Of a stretch of 64,000 bases of DNA, positions 25,446 to 38,298 are shown one piece after another. The translations under genes and the position numbers were made by a program. The stretch's first letter is position 1, and every line of letters begins with the position of its first letter. The notes under the pieces were generated by a model that saw only the letters and a list, made by a program, of their open reading frames with translations, was not told the DNA's origin and did not search any database. This DNA comes from Rhodosorus marinus CCMP1338 (lineage: Eukaryota; Plantae; Rhodophyta), in assembly GCA_029953675.1 (NCBI GenBank), contig JAMWBK010000004.1, positions 2,232,001 to 2,296,000 of the forward strand, in the 5' to 3' direction.

Positions 25446-26553
25446 TGATTTACTAAATCTCAGGTTCCAGCAACAGTTCCCCCAACAGCAGAGGCAAAAA
25501 ATACAAATCGGACTATTTTTGATGAAAACAATGCATCTCGACGAGGACGATGGAAACAAACAGGCATCATGCAGTTTTGTCTGGAGGAATTTATTCTTAA
25601 AAACAACAAAAGCGGGCATTTTTTATTTTCTTAATAGACGAGTACACTTTTAAGTACTAACCGTGCTCGGGATTTGGGGTTGTAGAATGATTTGTTTGAA
25701 ACTGTGCAGATTAAATGACTCAGGTGCGACTTGGCGATTTTTCTTGAATTGCGTACATTCTAGATAAACCTGGAAGCCGGTGAGTTTCCTGGTTGAATTT
25801 GTTTCTTTTTTTTTTGGTTTGCAGTAGATTCGTGGAAACCGGAGTTGAATTTGGACATTTGAAGCGGTTGGGATGGACTTCAGCCGCGGAAAGGGGTAAT
25901 CCATGAGCTCGATATTTTTTTTGTCGTCATGCCATTGGTGAACAATTGAGCTTCAAGTCCCCTCCGGCGGTGGATGGATTCAGTGTAGTTCCTGACAGTA
26001 ACTATTTAAGGTGTCGGAATTCATGTCTCTGCGACTTAAGCTTCGATTGTCCTGTCCGAGACCTTTGGTCCTATCCAACGGTAGCAACAAAGGAAGAGAT
26101 CTTTGATACCGATCTTAGATCATGCTCTTCCCTCCACTTCGGGAATGTTGGATGTTCGTATAGGACACGCTTCAAGATCCTGTTTATTCTTTACATCTAG
26201 CCCCCAAAAGCGCGCGAATCGATCCAGTCCCCATCTTCATCAGGAGGGGGAGCTTTCCGCTAGGTTATCCGCATAAGCTACACCAAAATCAGTCTCAGTC
26301 AAGCCTGTACACAGTGTTGAAATTGTCAAAAGATGGAGGCGACTCCGGCTGATTCTCAGCTATGAAAAGAGCAGGTCCTCTCGCTTCTCGTTCGTCTACT
26401 GCCAACTCCTCACGGGTCCGGAATTCGCTCCGGGCGTGAATTTTGCTTATCTCCCAGATGCTTAGCATGACTCCCAACACCCGCTTGAATATACAAACAA
26501 ATAGCCATGCTCAAGGGAGCGGTGACGCCTGTCGAAACGTGCAAACATGGACC

Positions 26554-27926
26554 TCACGAAGCCTGTTTTTCCATTTCGTCAATTTCCTTCAACAGATCCG
26601 CATAAGGATCATTAGCCTTCCCGCCTGTTCTCAAGATTTCATCAAAATCTTGCATGGACTGTTCTCCAAAGAACATCTTTCCATCGATCTCCCACGCAGG
26701 GTAGCCCTGTTTTCGTGAGCGGAAAATCGAAGCAGGAGCGCAAAAGTCCTTGTCAGTGAAAGATCTCATCCAGCGTCTGCTGGTGACTGAAACGTACGGC
26801 TATTTTTTTCTCTTTGCATAATGCAGACTGTGAATTCCTTCCGCGCTCCGAGCACTCAACATAATCAATCTTCTCCATGGCTTCCTTGCCTAGCATTTGC
26901 TTTTGTCCAAAGCAGTGACTGCACCAAAATGCTCCGTACATCTTGGTATGCTTTGACTCAAGCCTATCCGCAATTCCCTATTAGTGGAAGTAGTAACGTG
27001 CACAGGAGAGCCATCAGCAGCTGTAGCTGTGCAACAGTACAACAGAAACTACAAAATGTACAACCCTTACCAACGCCTCTGCAGACGAGATCGTGGTTAT
27101 TGCAGGAGGATCGCGAATGGTGGAAGCGTCCAAAACTCCACCTGGAGTTGTGACGAAAATTCCAGCAGCGCCGGCTAGTGTTACGAGCGCTGTTGTTACT
27201 GCGGTCTTCCATCTCGTCGCAAAGGACGAAAGTACTAGGAAGCCCATACTGCCGCTCAAAGCAGCGCTGAAGAAACACCACGGGCACCATCCTTGAATGA
27301 CCCCAACTAGGACAAACATGAGATATGTTGAAAACGATGTCATAGCCGAGGCAAGCGTCACCAGGAGTCCACGAGTAGCTTTCTCTCTTGCCTCCGTATC
27401 TAGCACGAGAAGACCAGCTTCATAGTTAGCCCCCTGATATTTTTTGGACTGGTTTCTTCTCTTATCAGATCTCACCGTTTTTGCTACTTGCGAGCAACGG
27501 ATACACGCCAAGGCCAAGAGCTGCCGCGTAGCCTCCCATCCCAAAAAGCGTCAGCGGTATACCAAATACAGATGAGTACGGACCATCGAGCACTTCAAGG
27601 CACCCGGCAGTGGAGCAGAGCGATGCCATCCCCCCGCCGAAAATCTTCTTGTACGTTAACAACGCGGTTTCCACAAGCCCGGCGCAAGAAAGACCGATCA
27701 GGATCTTCCTCGGGAGCTCGTGAAGGCCAGATTCCTGTGGCACCACCGAGCCCTCAGACGACTCCGGTCCAGACTCGCACATCCTCAGACGCCCAAAACC
27801 TACTCTTCTACATCTCGTAACACGGACACCACTACGGCGACACCTTGCACTCTCTCCCACAAAACCACTCAACCTTACCACGCCCAAACCATTTACACAG
27901 AAACCTATCCCGCTCTCTAATCCCAT
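26554..27926 (-). CDS. LTO1: Plastid VKOR plus thioredoxin-like fusion (LTO1-like thylakoid thiol oxidoreductase), multi-exon
   Basis: VKOR loop CSTAGCLEVLDGPYSSVFGIP, WCPWC redox motif, and Trx-like MYGAFWCSHC...YVEC and GYPAWEIDG. Confidence 0.9.
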
Positions 27927-29427
27927 CTTACCTTCCGGAAACCTCTCAATCAAACGCAAACAAATCTCAAACAATCCAACCCACCAAAAAGTGCTCTCGC
28001 TCCTTCTGACCTAGAAAACTCAGCACCACCTCCCCCAACCCCGCAGAAGAACCGAAGATTTTCCAGTCGTCGCAAATCGAAATCCTTTTTAAAACTCCTT
28101 CATAAACTCACGGATCCTCCTCGATACCTCCAGTCCACATGCACCCAAAGCTTCCCTTCTCACCTGCAGAAAAATCCGAAATATCTTCCCCCGCTCTACG
28201 CATCCAATCCTTCAAACAGCTCCAAATATCTTTCTTCACGACCCTTTATGTCGAGATGTGGAACAACAGTCAACCACTCCCGACCAAACCCAAAACCTTT
28301 TCCCCGCGAGGAAAACGCTCCCCGAACTTCACGAAAATTGCCCAAGACCTCTTCACGCTGAGATCCTCAGTTCACAAGCTCCAACCCTTCGACCCCTCGA
28401 ACCCCCTCTTTCCCTCACCTGCGCGAGAGGAAGATTGTATCTGTTGAGAAATCGCCGTCAGAAGTGTCCCAAATCCAAATCCCTTCTTCTTGCCAACAGA
28501 AAAATCGTTTCCTTCACAACAACAACTCTTCTTCGAAGAGATCTCTTCTGTACAGCCACACCAAAACTTTGCCTTTGCAAAGCTGCGCCTCCATCGTGGA
28601 AGCAAGAGAAATCTCATTTTCTGTTAGAAAGCCTGTTTTTTTCCCCCGACCGAAATTCGTGACTAAAACAACCAAAAAAGAAGAATCCCTTTCAACATGA
28701 TAACCCCGTCTTCTTTATCACAAAACTTTTTCGCCCAGCCGCTGAGAACTCTTGTCACGTTCCAGTGTGGGACACACGTATGGGACAGCATGTCCCAGTT
28801 GAATTGAGGGGTATATTGGTCTGAATTTCGACTATGTTACTCTGAGTCATGCTCTAGAGCTTCTGAGCAGGGAGTAGGACCCAGAGTGAGATGTAACTGG
28901 CGCTGATCTGGTCTTCGAATGGGGGAAGATGCTCCATGAGGAGATATGTACCGGTTCATCAGATGGGTGTGTGGAATCTTGTGACAGTGTTGATGATAGA
29001 GGTGTCATCTGAAGAAGAGTGAAATCACAACAGGGCACTTTGTACTTCTCTCCGAGGCTGAACGCCTGGCGGGAGCTCGAGGATCGAAATCTGTGATCGG
29101 TGGGAAGCGATGGCACGGTATGAAGGAGTTCTGTTCATTGGGGAAGAACACGATGATTGTGTCGCCGGCGCGAGTGGAGAATTTGCTCATATCAGACTGC
29201 AGCTCTGTCCTCGACAAAGTATCCAACCCAAAATCAGAACAGTGCTTCAGGCTTGGGGTGCCGTCAAGAAACGGTTCTCGAACCTGAGCAGCAACCTCGT
29301 CGAGCTGTGCTTGTTGCGCAGTCCACTCGCTGCCAGCCGTTTATGCTATTAGTACACTTTACATTTGGGCTTGAGCTAGAGAGAAAACATATTTGGTACA
29401 GTTCAATAGGGCCGATCTCGTCGGTTT

Positions 29428-30831
29428 TCACGAGACTGCTGTCTTCTTGGCCAGAGCCGCAGTATCGTCGCCTCCTGTAGAGGTGTGCTCCTTCTCATCG
29501 GATGCCCCCTGCTTCAGTGACTGCGCCTCCTCAACGGCATGGCTCTTCAGTGCGTCCCTAAATCTTGGCGCATATTTGACAGCACCTGGAGGAGACTTTT
29601 TGTACAGCATGAGGTAACCTTGGAGCTGGGCCATGCTCGCCAAAGGCTCAGAGCCCATGATTTTTCCAAACTCGGCCGCGAGTTGGGTTTCGTTGTCGAA
29701 GAACTTGAGGAAGAGGTTCCTCGCTTGGTCCTCACTAGCTTGGCCGATGTACTCAATGACATCCACTCTTCCGGGTCTCATGAGGGCGGGATCAAGCAAC
29801 TCTATATGATTCGTCGTCATGAATACCAGTCTTCTCTCGGTGCTTGCTGCGCCGTCGAGCATGTTCAATAGACCGGAGAAGGAAACGGACTGACTATACC
29901 GCTCTACTCTCGGATCTCGTTTCACAAACGCCGCATCGATATCTTCTAAAAGGACAATCGAATGGGGAGGAAGCACTGCCATAAGATGGTTGAGTCGGTC
30001 ATCCGTCAGGCCCTTGTCATTGAGGTTGAGAATACAGACGTTGTACTCCAAATGTCCCGCCAGAGCCATGATGAAGGAGGTCTTTCCACAACCAGGTGGC
30101 CCATGGAGCAAGTACCCACGCCGGAATGGAATACCCCTATCGACATACCATTTTGCGCTTGATGAAAACTCCGTGACGTCGTCGACGAGCTTCTGGGCAG
30201 TGGTTCCAGCCAACATTACAGAATTCAGAGGCCGCCTCCTCCGCGGATTCCCAAATACTTTCCACTCCGTCATCAGGGCGGTGTAGATGACTGTCTTTCC
30301 GGCTTCTTGCTTGAGGGACATCTGCTTGGCCTCGTTCAACAGCTCCCCGAAGAGATGACGGTTCCGATTTCTCGTCGTGAGTACGACTGATTCCCATGGA
30401 GATCCGCTGGTCAAATCAACCATCTCCTTCTCCCTGGCGCGTGTTACCTTGAACCAGGCTCCTCTGTAGGACAAGAAGTGAGCTCCTACTGCTGGAACGT
30501 ACGTGAACTCTGTCTCTACTCTTCCGTTCTCAAAGCTCCTAAACTTCGTCTCGAGACTCAGATGCCGCGAATTGCCCCCTCGATCCCGAATCCACTGCAG
30601 GATCCACTTGTAGCCAGGATCTTTGGAGGTAACCTCCAGGGTCGCGAATGCCCTTCTCTGGACCTCAGCAAAAACTTTGCCTCCCGCATTCCTAGCCAGC
30701 GCCAAGCCAGTTCCCATCAACATCAGCCCAAAACCAGCGTGAAAGAGAGGGTTTCCACCTAAACCACCAGAGGCAGCCGCGCCCATCCCTCCCGATTCAC
30801 TCCCCATCGCCATTCCTCCCAACCCGACCAT
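29428..30831 (-). CDS. BCS1: Mitochondrial AAA chaperone BCS1, single exon
   Basis: NPLFHAGFGL N-terminus, RRGYLLHGPPGCGKTSF Walker A, LLEDID Walker B and DPALMRPGRVD. Confidence 0.95.
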   Translation of the reverse strand: MVGLGGMAMGSESGGMGAAASGGLGGNPLFHAGFGLMLMGTGLALARNAGGKVFAEVQRRAFATLEVTSKDPGYKWILQWIRDRGGNSRHLSLETKFRSFENGRVETEFTYVPAVGAHFLSYRGAWFKVTRAREKEMVDLTSGSPWESVVLTTRNRNRHLFGELLNEAKQMSLKQEAGKTVIYTALMTEWKVFGNPRRRRPLNSVMLAGTTAQKLVDDVTEFSSSAKWYVDRGIPFRRGYLLHGPPGCGKTSFIMALAGHLEYNVCILNLNDKGLTDDRLNHLMAVLPPHSIVLLEDIDAAFVKRDPRVERYSQSVSFSGLLNMLDGAASTERRLVFMTTNHIELLDPALMRPGRVDVIEYIGQASEDQARNLFLKFFDNETQLAAEFGKIMGSEPLASMAQLQGYLMLYKKSPPGAVKYAPRFRDALKSHAVEEAQSLKQGASDEKEHTSTGGDDTAALAKKTAVS

Positions 30832-31801
30832 CCGAACTTACCCAAACCAGCTGGTCAAACTCGGTACACCCAGAGGAAACACATTATCAACTGCGAGAAC
30901 ACCAGACCTAAGATCTGAGCAGCTCCTCCCACCCTTTACAAGTCCGAGTTATCTCAACACAACCTAAAGTCAGTGTTCAAGCATACAAGGCCGATCGCGA
31001 CGAGCATTTTGTTCCGAGCTAGCCATCGATCCCCATCACTGTCGTAGTGACTTGCCCAGCTCTGGGGACCTCAAGGCCTTCTCAGAAGCGAGTAGAGCGG
31101 AGGGGCGTTCAGGAGGCTTTGCAACAATACAAAGTGTATGATTGAGGAATAAGCGTTTCGTGCTTTTCAATCCTGCGCTGTTTTTGATGGCCTGACACTG
31201 GTCAGGCTTCCCCAAAAAGTCCCCAATCAAGAATACGGCAAAACCCCGTCTTGGGTTCTCCCAGAACAACAAAGTTCGTTGTTCTCTTGCAGATCTTTCC
31301 GAAATTTTTGGTCAAAGGCAGACTGTGATCGATAAAAGCACATGTTTCCAACACCAAACACGTTCGTCACAACGTTGCTTCACAGCGTGGCCCTTCTACA
31401 CGGGCCGCCGGTCAATCTACATGAATCTAATTGTCACCAAAAACTTCAATCTTCTACAAGATAATATCTAATAATTATTATCTATTTTAAATAGAAAATT
31501 TTGTTTTGACTGAAAATATAGATGACAGTTATAGATAACTTTGCTGAACAGGTTCGGTGACGCTCTTCTTGGGGAAGCTGGTGAGAAGATATCTCTTCAG
31601 CGCGATTGAGACCCCAGCATCGTGCCCTGCGTGTTTGTCTCTATACATATAGCTTTATAGCTTTTTTGGTATGAAACTGAGGACCTTTCCAAGCGTTCGT
31701 TTGTATGAACGAAGCTTGGCAAAGTTTTTTGCTTGAAGGATAGCTTTGCTTCGGAGTCACTTTGTTCGGCAGTCCGCCCGCAGGAGGGTAGTGGTGAGGT
31801 T

Positions 31802-33177
31802 ATGGGACGCAAGTTGCTCGTTGAGGAGCAGATTTTCCAAGAGCAAGGGCGTGGAGTTCTTATTGGACACTATGCGTCGAACTGGGTTGCGATTGGCGCG
31901 GTGAAAACTCCACAAGAACCTGAGGGGTCACCTCTTGGAGGGGATCAATGGAGCGTAGAACATTCCCAGCAGGTGGAGGAGGCTCTGCCGGGAGGACTTT
32001 GTGCGATTGGAGTATTCTCGCTCTCTAGAATCGAATCAGATGCCAGGCTGATTGCGTTCGCAAGAGGAGCTTGCAGATCGGTACCAGAGCCTGTCATAAT
32101 ATCAAGGACTTGTAGGCCTCGATCAATCGTTCACTAGATGCTGGTTCTTCTTCGCTTCGTTTGCTGAACCTCTGCTTGTGTATCCTGCACTAGCCCAGGG
32201 CAGTACTCGCTTCGTGTGCGTAGGAGAGAATGGTGTTATGACTAGAATAGATCAGCAAACAATCAGCAACGTCTTGGATACGTTTGTACGAGTGAACGCA
32301 ACTACGAGAGTATCGATGATTGCCGATTCTTTTGATGCCTTGATCGATGTCGTGTCCAAGGCATACGAAGACTCTCCAGCAGCTTTGATGGACGGAAAGA
32401 AGATCTTCTCTGGGATTTCCACCACTTGGACCAATTCCGACTTGCGCCTGCTTCTCCCGAGCAAGTCCGTTGGCACGAGGAGGTACGTCGATTAGCCGAA
32501 AAACAGTGCTGACGAAGCAGCAGCATTGGAGGCCTCGGACTGAAGCGTTCCACTCCGCAAAAACCAGGAACGTCTCGAACGAATTCTGCAATGTCAACGG
32601 GGTGGTGGCACTGAACTGTGTAGTAGCAAATGCGTGTTCAGCAGACGATCTTACCAAAGCCCTGAAGGAAGATCTCAGGAGGTCACTGATCACAAGACTA
32701 GACCGCACGGTCTCGGAAGAGTCTGCAAAGGATGAACAGTCCGGCTATTTAGCGGCAAGATGCACAGGACCCTTGGATGGTCTCGACGTTCCGATCTCCG
32801 AGTATCTGTCACCTTACGACGAACTGGAAGACGTTGCAGACCGAATCGAGTTTCTCTTTTCACGACGAGTAGCCAATGGCGGGATGAAAATGATGGAACG
32901 GTAATCTTGCCCTCATCTCCCACGCGGTGTTGGAGCTGCTCGTAAAAGAACTAACTCTCATCAGTACATTGAAACACTCAGGCGGGAACTAGCCAAATTC
33001 ACAGCTGAAGGAGCTGCGGATGGAGCCGAGCGGAGCGTCCGATCTCAGAACCCACATTTGCCCAGTAAGGTCAGCTCCTCGGCTCCTCGAGCGGGGCTCT
33101 CAACTCCACTTCTTGCTGTTTCCCTTGTACTGATCGTTGTTGGAGTCGCGATCGCCTATGTTATCTCACGAAGTTGA
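31802..33177 (+). CDS. ODR-4-like tail-anchored ER membrane protein, multi-exon
   Basis: ALPGGLCAIGVF, ALKEDLRRSLITRL and PISEYL segments resemble the ODR-4 family. The last exon encodes a C-terminal TM (LAVSLVLIVVGVAIAYVIS). Confidence 0.7.
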
Positions 33178-33661
33178 CATCGCGCTTCACTCAAATGTAC
33201 ACTGCTGAACAACGCTAACCCAGTGCTCTCTGCTCTACAGCAGAAGCACTACCCAAACCCCCCCGCCACCCCCCCCTCTTCTAAAAAGAACCTCGACTGG
33301 AATTTTCCAATGCAATTTATTCTATCAATCACAAAAAATTACCAACCATTCAAATCCGAGCATTGATTCTTAGTACATCATTATTGGTTATTGTGACCCT
33401 GAGAAATAAATAATTCATACACCAAAACGGGGTATCTACTTAATTTCTTTTTAATTAATTATTCTCGGGGACAAGTACAATCCTTTTACAGATCAATTAC
33501 AACCCCGAGCTGACAAAAAAAGAAGAAAAAAATACAGATTGTATAGTACCAAATTTTACGGAAAACGACGAGCTTTCACACGTGGACTTAAAGTTCCTTT
33601 CCGTACTATTGTTCTGAAGAAATAATTTTTAGGGAAATTTCATTGACCGCCAATGAACTTG

Positions 33662-33764
33662 TAGGATATCCTAAAAAAAAGGGAGAAAACATGACGAGAT
33701 TGCGCAATCTATTCGTAACATTATCCAATAGATATTGACCTATTTATAGAAGTGATTGCGCAAT
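33662..33764. promoter_or_regulatory. Cluster of perfect palindromes, including two ATTGCGCAAT sites
   Basis: TAGGATATCCTA at 33662-33673, AGATTGCGCAATCT at 33697-33710 and ATTGCGCAAT at 33755-33764, about 420-520 bp upstream of the ATG at 34182. Confidence 0.45.
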
Positions 33765-34181
33765 GCTTTAAAATAGATTGAACTTGTTGCGTTCCTTAAA
33801 AGAATGCGGTTTCGATTGATGTTGTGACTTCCCCGTTCCCCCCCGTCTTTTATTAATAATAATGTATCGTGAATTGGCAAAAAGTGGGGACGGTGACAAA
33901 CGGTGAATGAAAGGGGAGATTTGTACTTATATAGAGTGTTTTGGAGGGAGAGAGAGGAGACGGGGGTTGGTTGGGTATATATTGGAGGCAGGAGGAGTGC
34001 TTGGGAGCGTTTTGGGATGTGACTGGGATAGATGCCTGCGGTGTGTGTCTTAGAAAGAAGGGGGAAGTGGGTTTGGTGAGGTGTTGGTTGTGTTTTTGCA
34101 GGGCGTGTTTTCGGTTTGGAGGGTTAGGAGGCTGTGTTTTTGATTTTGGCTTTTTGAAGGGGGCGGGGGGGGCTCTTAGAT

Positions 34182-34942
34182 ATGTTGGAAAGTAGCGGTA
34201 TGCCGGTGGAGAGTGTCAACGCGAGTGGGGTTGGGAAGTTGGAGGTTGGAGGGCCTGATCGCAAAGGGTTTGGGTTTAGCAAGGATAGTTGTGGTACGGT
34301 TCTTGGCTCCACCGTGTCTGGTATGTTTTGGTTCACTGGTGCTGACTTTTTTTTTGGTTGTGTTTAGTCACGTTTTTGGATTGGGACGATACACTGTTCG
34401 CGTCGTCGCATATTTCGACGCTTCTAAAGGATAGCGAAGACTTGGATGGAGAAGTAGAGGAGGGATTACAGTCACTTCAGCTTGCGGTTATTGGTCTGCT
34501 GAAAGTAGCTTCGAAAACGTCTCGTGTCTTCATTGTCACGAACGCGAACCTCGTGTGGGTGAACGAGGTGCTGGAGAGATGGATGCCAAAAGTAGCAACG
34601 TACATGCATCGGAACTCAATTCGTGTTCTCTCTTCAAGAGACTTCCATGAAGTAACACATCCAGGGTCGCCGCTTCTGTGGAAACTCCGTGCTTTCAAGG
34701 ATGTCCTTGCGATTTTGAAGTACACGAGCGGGAAGGCTGACAACATTATCGTTGTGGGTGATGGGCTTGAAGAGAAGGAGGCTGCCAGTCAATTGTCTCA
34801 ATCGGAACGTGACTGTATTGTGAAGATGATTGGAATTCCGAAGTCCTTGAGTATAGAATCTTTAGTTCGGCAGCTAGCGCTGCTCACTATGTCCTTTAGG
34901 GGCATATGGGCTTCTCGAACGTGCATGAGCATTGATTTATAG
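34182..34942 (+). CDS. HAD-superfamily-like protein, two exons
   Basis: Motif I-like FLDWDDTL, motif II VFIVTNA and motif IV-like VVGDGLEEK. Intron GTATGT...GTTTAG restores the frame. Confidence 0.8.
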
Positions 34943-36351
34943 GCTGACCCACAGGTAGGGGTGGGATTTGAGCACTGGTTTTGTCGCACTACGCGTCGCA
35001 GTTATCCCTTCCTCGCTCACTTGCACATATTTTTCATTTTGCCCATTGGGAGAACACCGGACTTTTTTACAATAGTATTTATTATTAAAGCAAATTGGTT
35101 GAGCCTGTATGTTTAGTATCATCTTTACGACCCGTCCTTCAGTGTGCCGCGACCCACACACCAAAAGCGTCATTCGCCAATCCATCCACGTCCGGGCACG
35201 AGCATCAGAAACCGGGGTTTACAACCAACGGAAAATCTCGCGTCTTGTGATCCTATAAGCACACATTCAAGATTCGCATTAAACATCTATGTTTGAAATT
35301 GTTTAATCGATTTGTACATCAAAAAATTGCCATCCCGTACTATCAGCTCGTTTAATCTTGAGAAACCAAAATCGATGTATTAATTCGACTAGTTTCCGTT
35401 GAAGAGGAGCATTGCTTAAAGCGGCTACGGCCAAATCTGAGAATCTTATTTACGAAATATTTAGAAGAAGATTCAACGTTGTTTGGGGCTCCAGTTTTTT
35501 CAAAGTAAAGCTGTTACTGGGAGCCGGCTCAAATTTAACAAATTCTGGGGTTATTTACATCCATAATCGTCGTAACTAGGCACAAAAAGATATCATCCAC
35601 TGAATAAATGTAATATTTACGAAGGTATTCATCCCAACTACTTCCCTACATTTTCACCTCTCCTCATAAAATAAGAGCTGCAATCATCTATTTATGTCTT
35701 TTTCATGCACAGCTTCGAACCAACCAACCGCAGATCGAAGGCCTTGGCGCAAACTATCAAATACTCGTAGTTTTCCTAACGGACTGGTAGATAATCCACA
35801 AAGAAGATACCCAATTAGCACTGAGAAAAACAAAATGAAAAACATATATATATTCATATTTTCAATTGTACTAACCAATTAAAAGCTTTCGCATCTTCCA
35901 ATGGTCTTAATATCCAATAGAGTATCCAGTGATTGTCTTTTCAGAATCAAGAGCGGGCAACGGGCAAGTTTTCGGTCTTTGGATTGGCTGTATGGGCACC
36001 TGACATTGAATTATTATTGTAATTATGGTCAGCCTAGTCTAGTCCAAATGTCTCGAAATTTCTAAAAAACGTGGTACATCTTTCTGTCATGTCTAAGAAA
36101 ATTGTCCTGAACGAGAATCGTTGTTTTCTGTCATTTTGGATGGTGAAGAAAGACGAAATGACTCAAAATCGATGGTGACGATTAAGAGAAGTTGTTGGGT
36201 TATCATGTTGGAGGATTTGATATGAGTTTGAGAATGATTTGGTTTGGGCATGGCGATGGTGTAGTTGGTTCGGCTGCATGGGTAATCTGACGTATTCTGC
36301 GTAAATGAGAAACTGAAGAGGTCGGTTTTCAAAAGTTTTTAAGAAGCCAAG

Positions 36352-37995
36352 ATGGCTTGGTTCAGGTCGTTCTGTACGGCCGCAGTTGTTCCTCTGCTTT
36401 ACGGGATGGAGGTTGGGGCGACTTCGAACGTTCTAAAAACGTTTCAAGGGATGAGGGAACACGGAATCAACTCTTGGGAGGCCGATTTAACAGGGATGAA
36501 ACTGTCTGCCGTAGCATGTGGAGCTTTACTAGGAGCGATTTCTGGTGCGGGATCAATCACCTTCTCGGAAGTGCAGGCCAGGCTCTCAGGGGCTGGGATC
36601 GTGTGCGGGCGCCTGATTAATTTCTTTGTGGCTTTTTGGACAGGTACCCTGACCGCAATTCAAATAGCTGACCGTTTGGGGAGGAAGAAGGAGCTTATTA
36701 CAGCTGCGCTGTTCCTTGTGATCGGCGGTGTGCTCTCGTCGCTCGCTAACAGCTTCAATTTGTTTTTCCTGGGAAGGGCCCTGTTCGGAGTTGGGGAAGG
36801 AATTGGAATGCATGCTGCGCTGCTGTATACTGGGGAAATTGTTCCAGCTCGATGGAGAGGATTTTGCGGCGGATCTATTGAAGTCGTCTGGGTTGTAGGA
36901 ATGTTTCTGATCAATCTCCTCGGAATGATGACCAACAATTCCTGGAGGGAATCCTACTTCTCGCTCGTTGTTGTAAGCACACCGTTCCTCGCCGCCTGTT
37001 TCATCCTCCCGGAGTCCCCGAGATGGATCATGCTAAATCGAGGGTCGGAGGGTCTTGCGGAGGCGGCGTTTACGTTCAGAAAGCTAGGGTCTCCGGAGCA
37101 AGAAAGTATTGATGTGTGCAACCAAATCCTCGACGGTCTTCAAAAGGACGAAGAGGAAGGAGCGCTCAACATTAAAAACGAGGGCGGGTCCCGAAAAGCG
37201 CTGATCGTTGGAATTGTTTTAGTGCTGTTCCAACAGTTGACGGGCCAGCCGACTATTCTGTATCATATGGGGGAAATATTCTATCGAGCGGGAGTCGGCG
37301 AGGGCGGTCCTGTTGTAGTGACAGCTGTAAAAACAATTGCTACTGTTGTACGATGCAAGTCAAGATTCCCAGCTGAACCGTGCACCTGAACTGAATTGCC
37401 TTTCTTGTTGTTCTTTACAATCTACTTTTCTCCGTTTTGCAGATCGCGGTCTCTCAAGTGGAAAACTTTGGTAGAAGACCTCTACTACTAACTGGAACGA
37501 GCATAATGGGCATTAGCCTACTTTTTCTGTCAGTGGCGTATTCTATACAACCACCCTTCTTGCAGCATTTCGTGATACTCCTCTTTACAACGTATGTAAT
37601 CGGTTATCAGACTGGATTTGGCCCCGTAACTTGGTTGCTGGTAAGCCGGATTCGTTTACGTTGTGGCAGCGAGAACCTGCTCTGTTTCCTCGGACAAATT
37701 TCCTATTTTTCCTGAAATCGATCTTCCTATTACTTGGTTTGATGCGCAGTTGAGTGAATTATTCCCTCTGAAAGAGAGGGCAAGGACAACATCAATATGT
37801 ACGCTAACGAATTTCTGCGCTAACTGGGTTGTGCTATTTGGTTTCGACTTTGTTCGAGTGTGGTTCGGCGACTCCCTTCAATATGCGATGTACTCGGTCC
37901 TCGCCCTTCTGGGTCTCGTCTTCGTCTATCTGAGGGTTCCCGAAACGAAGGGTTTGACCCTCGAAGACATAGACCAGAGAATTTTTGCGATGTGA
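36352..37995 (+). CDS. MFS sugar porter family transporter, multi-exon
   Basis: ADRLGRK, GRALFGVGEG, PESPRW, FQQLTGQP, GRRPLLL, GFGPVTW, ELFPLKER and VPETKG signatures. Confidence 0.93.
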
Positions 37996-38298
37996 TATCT
38001 CAGGGGTTTGTACAGCGAAAGATATGTTACGTCGATTTAGAAGGTGGGAGAGGAAGGCGTTGGACTGGGGCGAGGAAGTTGTAGGTTGCCTTCAGAAGCT
38101 ATTCAATAATTGCAATATATGCGCGCGGAGATAAAATCCGCCTCGACGATCAAATGCTTGTGGCAAAACTGAGAACTTTTGGCCTTTGGATTAATAGTAA
38201 GCATTGCACCCTGTCAAAATTTTTACCATCTCTGATGTAGTAGTAAGTGTTCAGAAGGGTAGATTCAAGATCATAAAGACTAAAATTTTGAGCAATAA

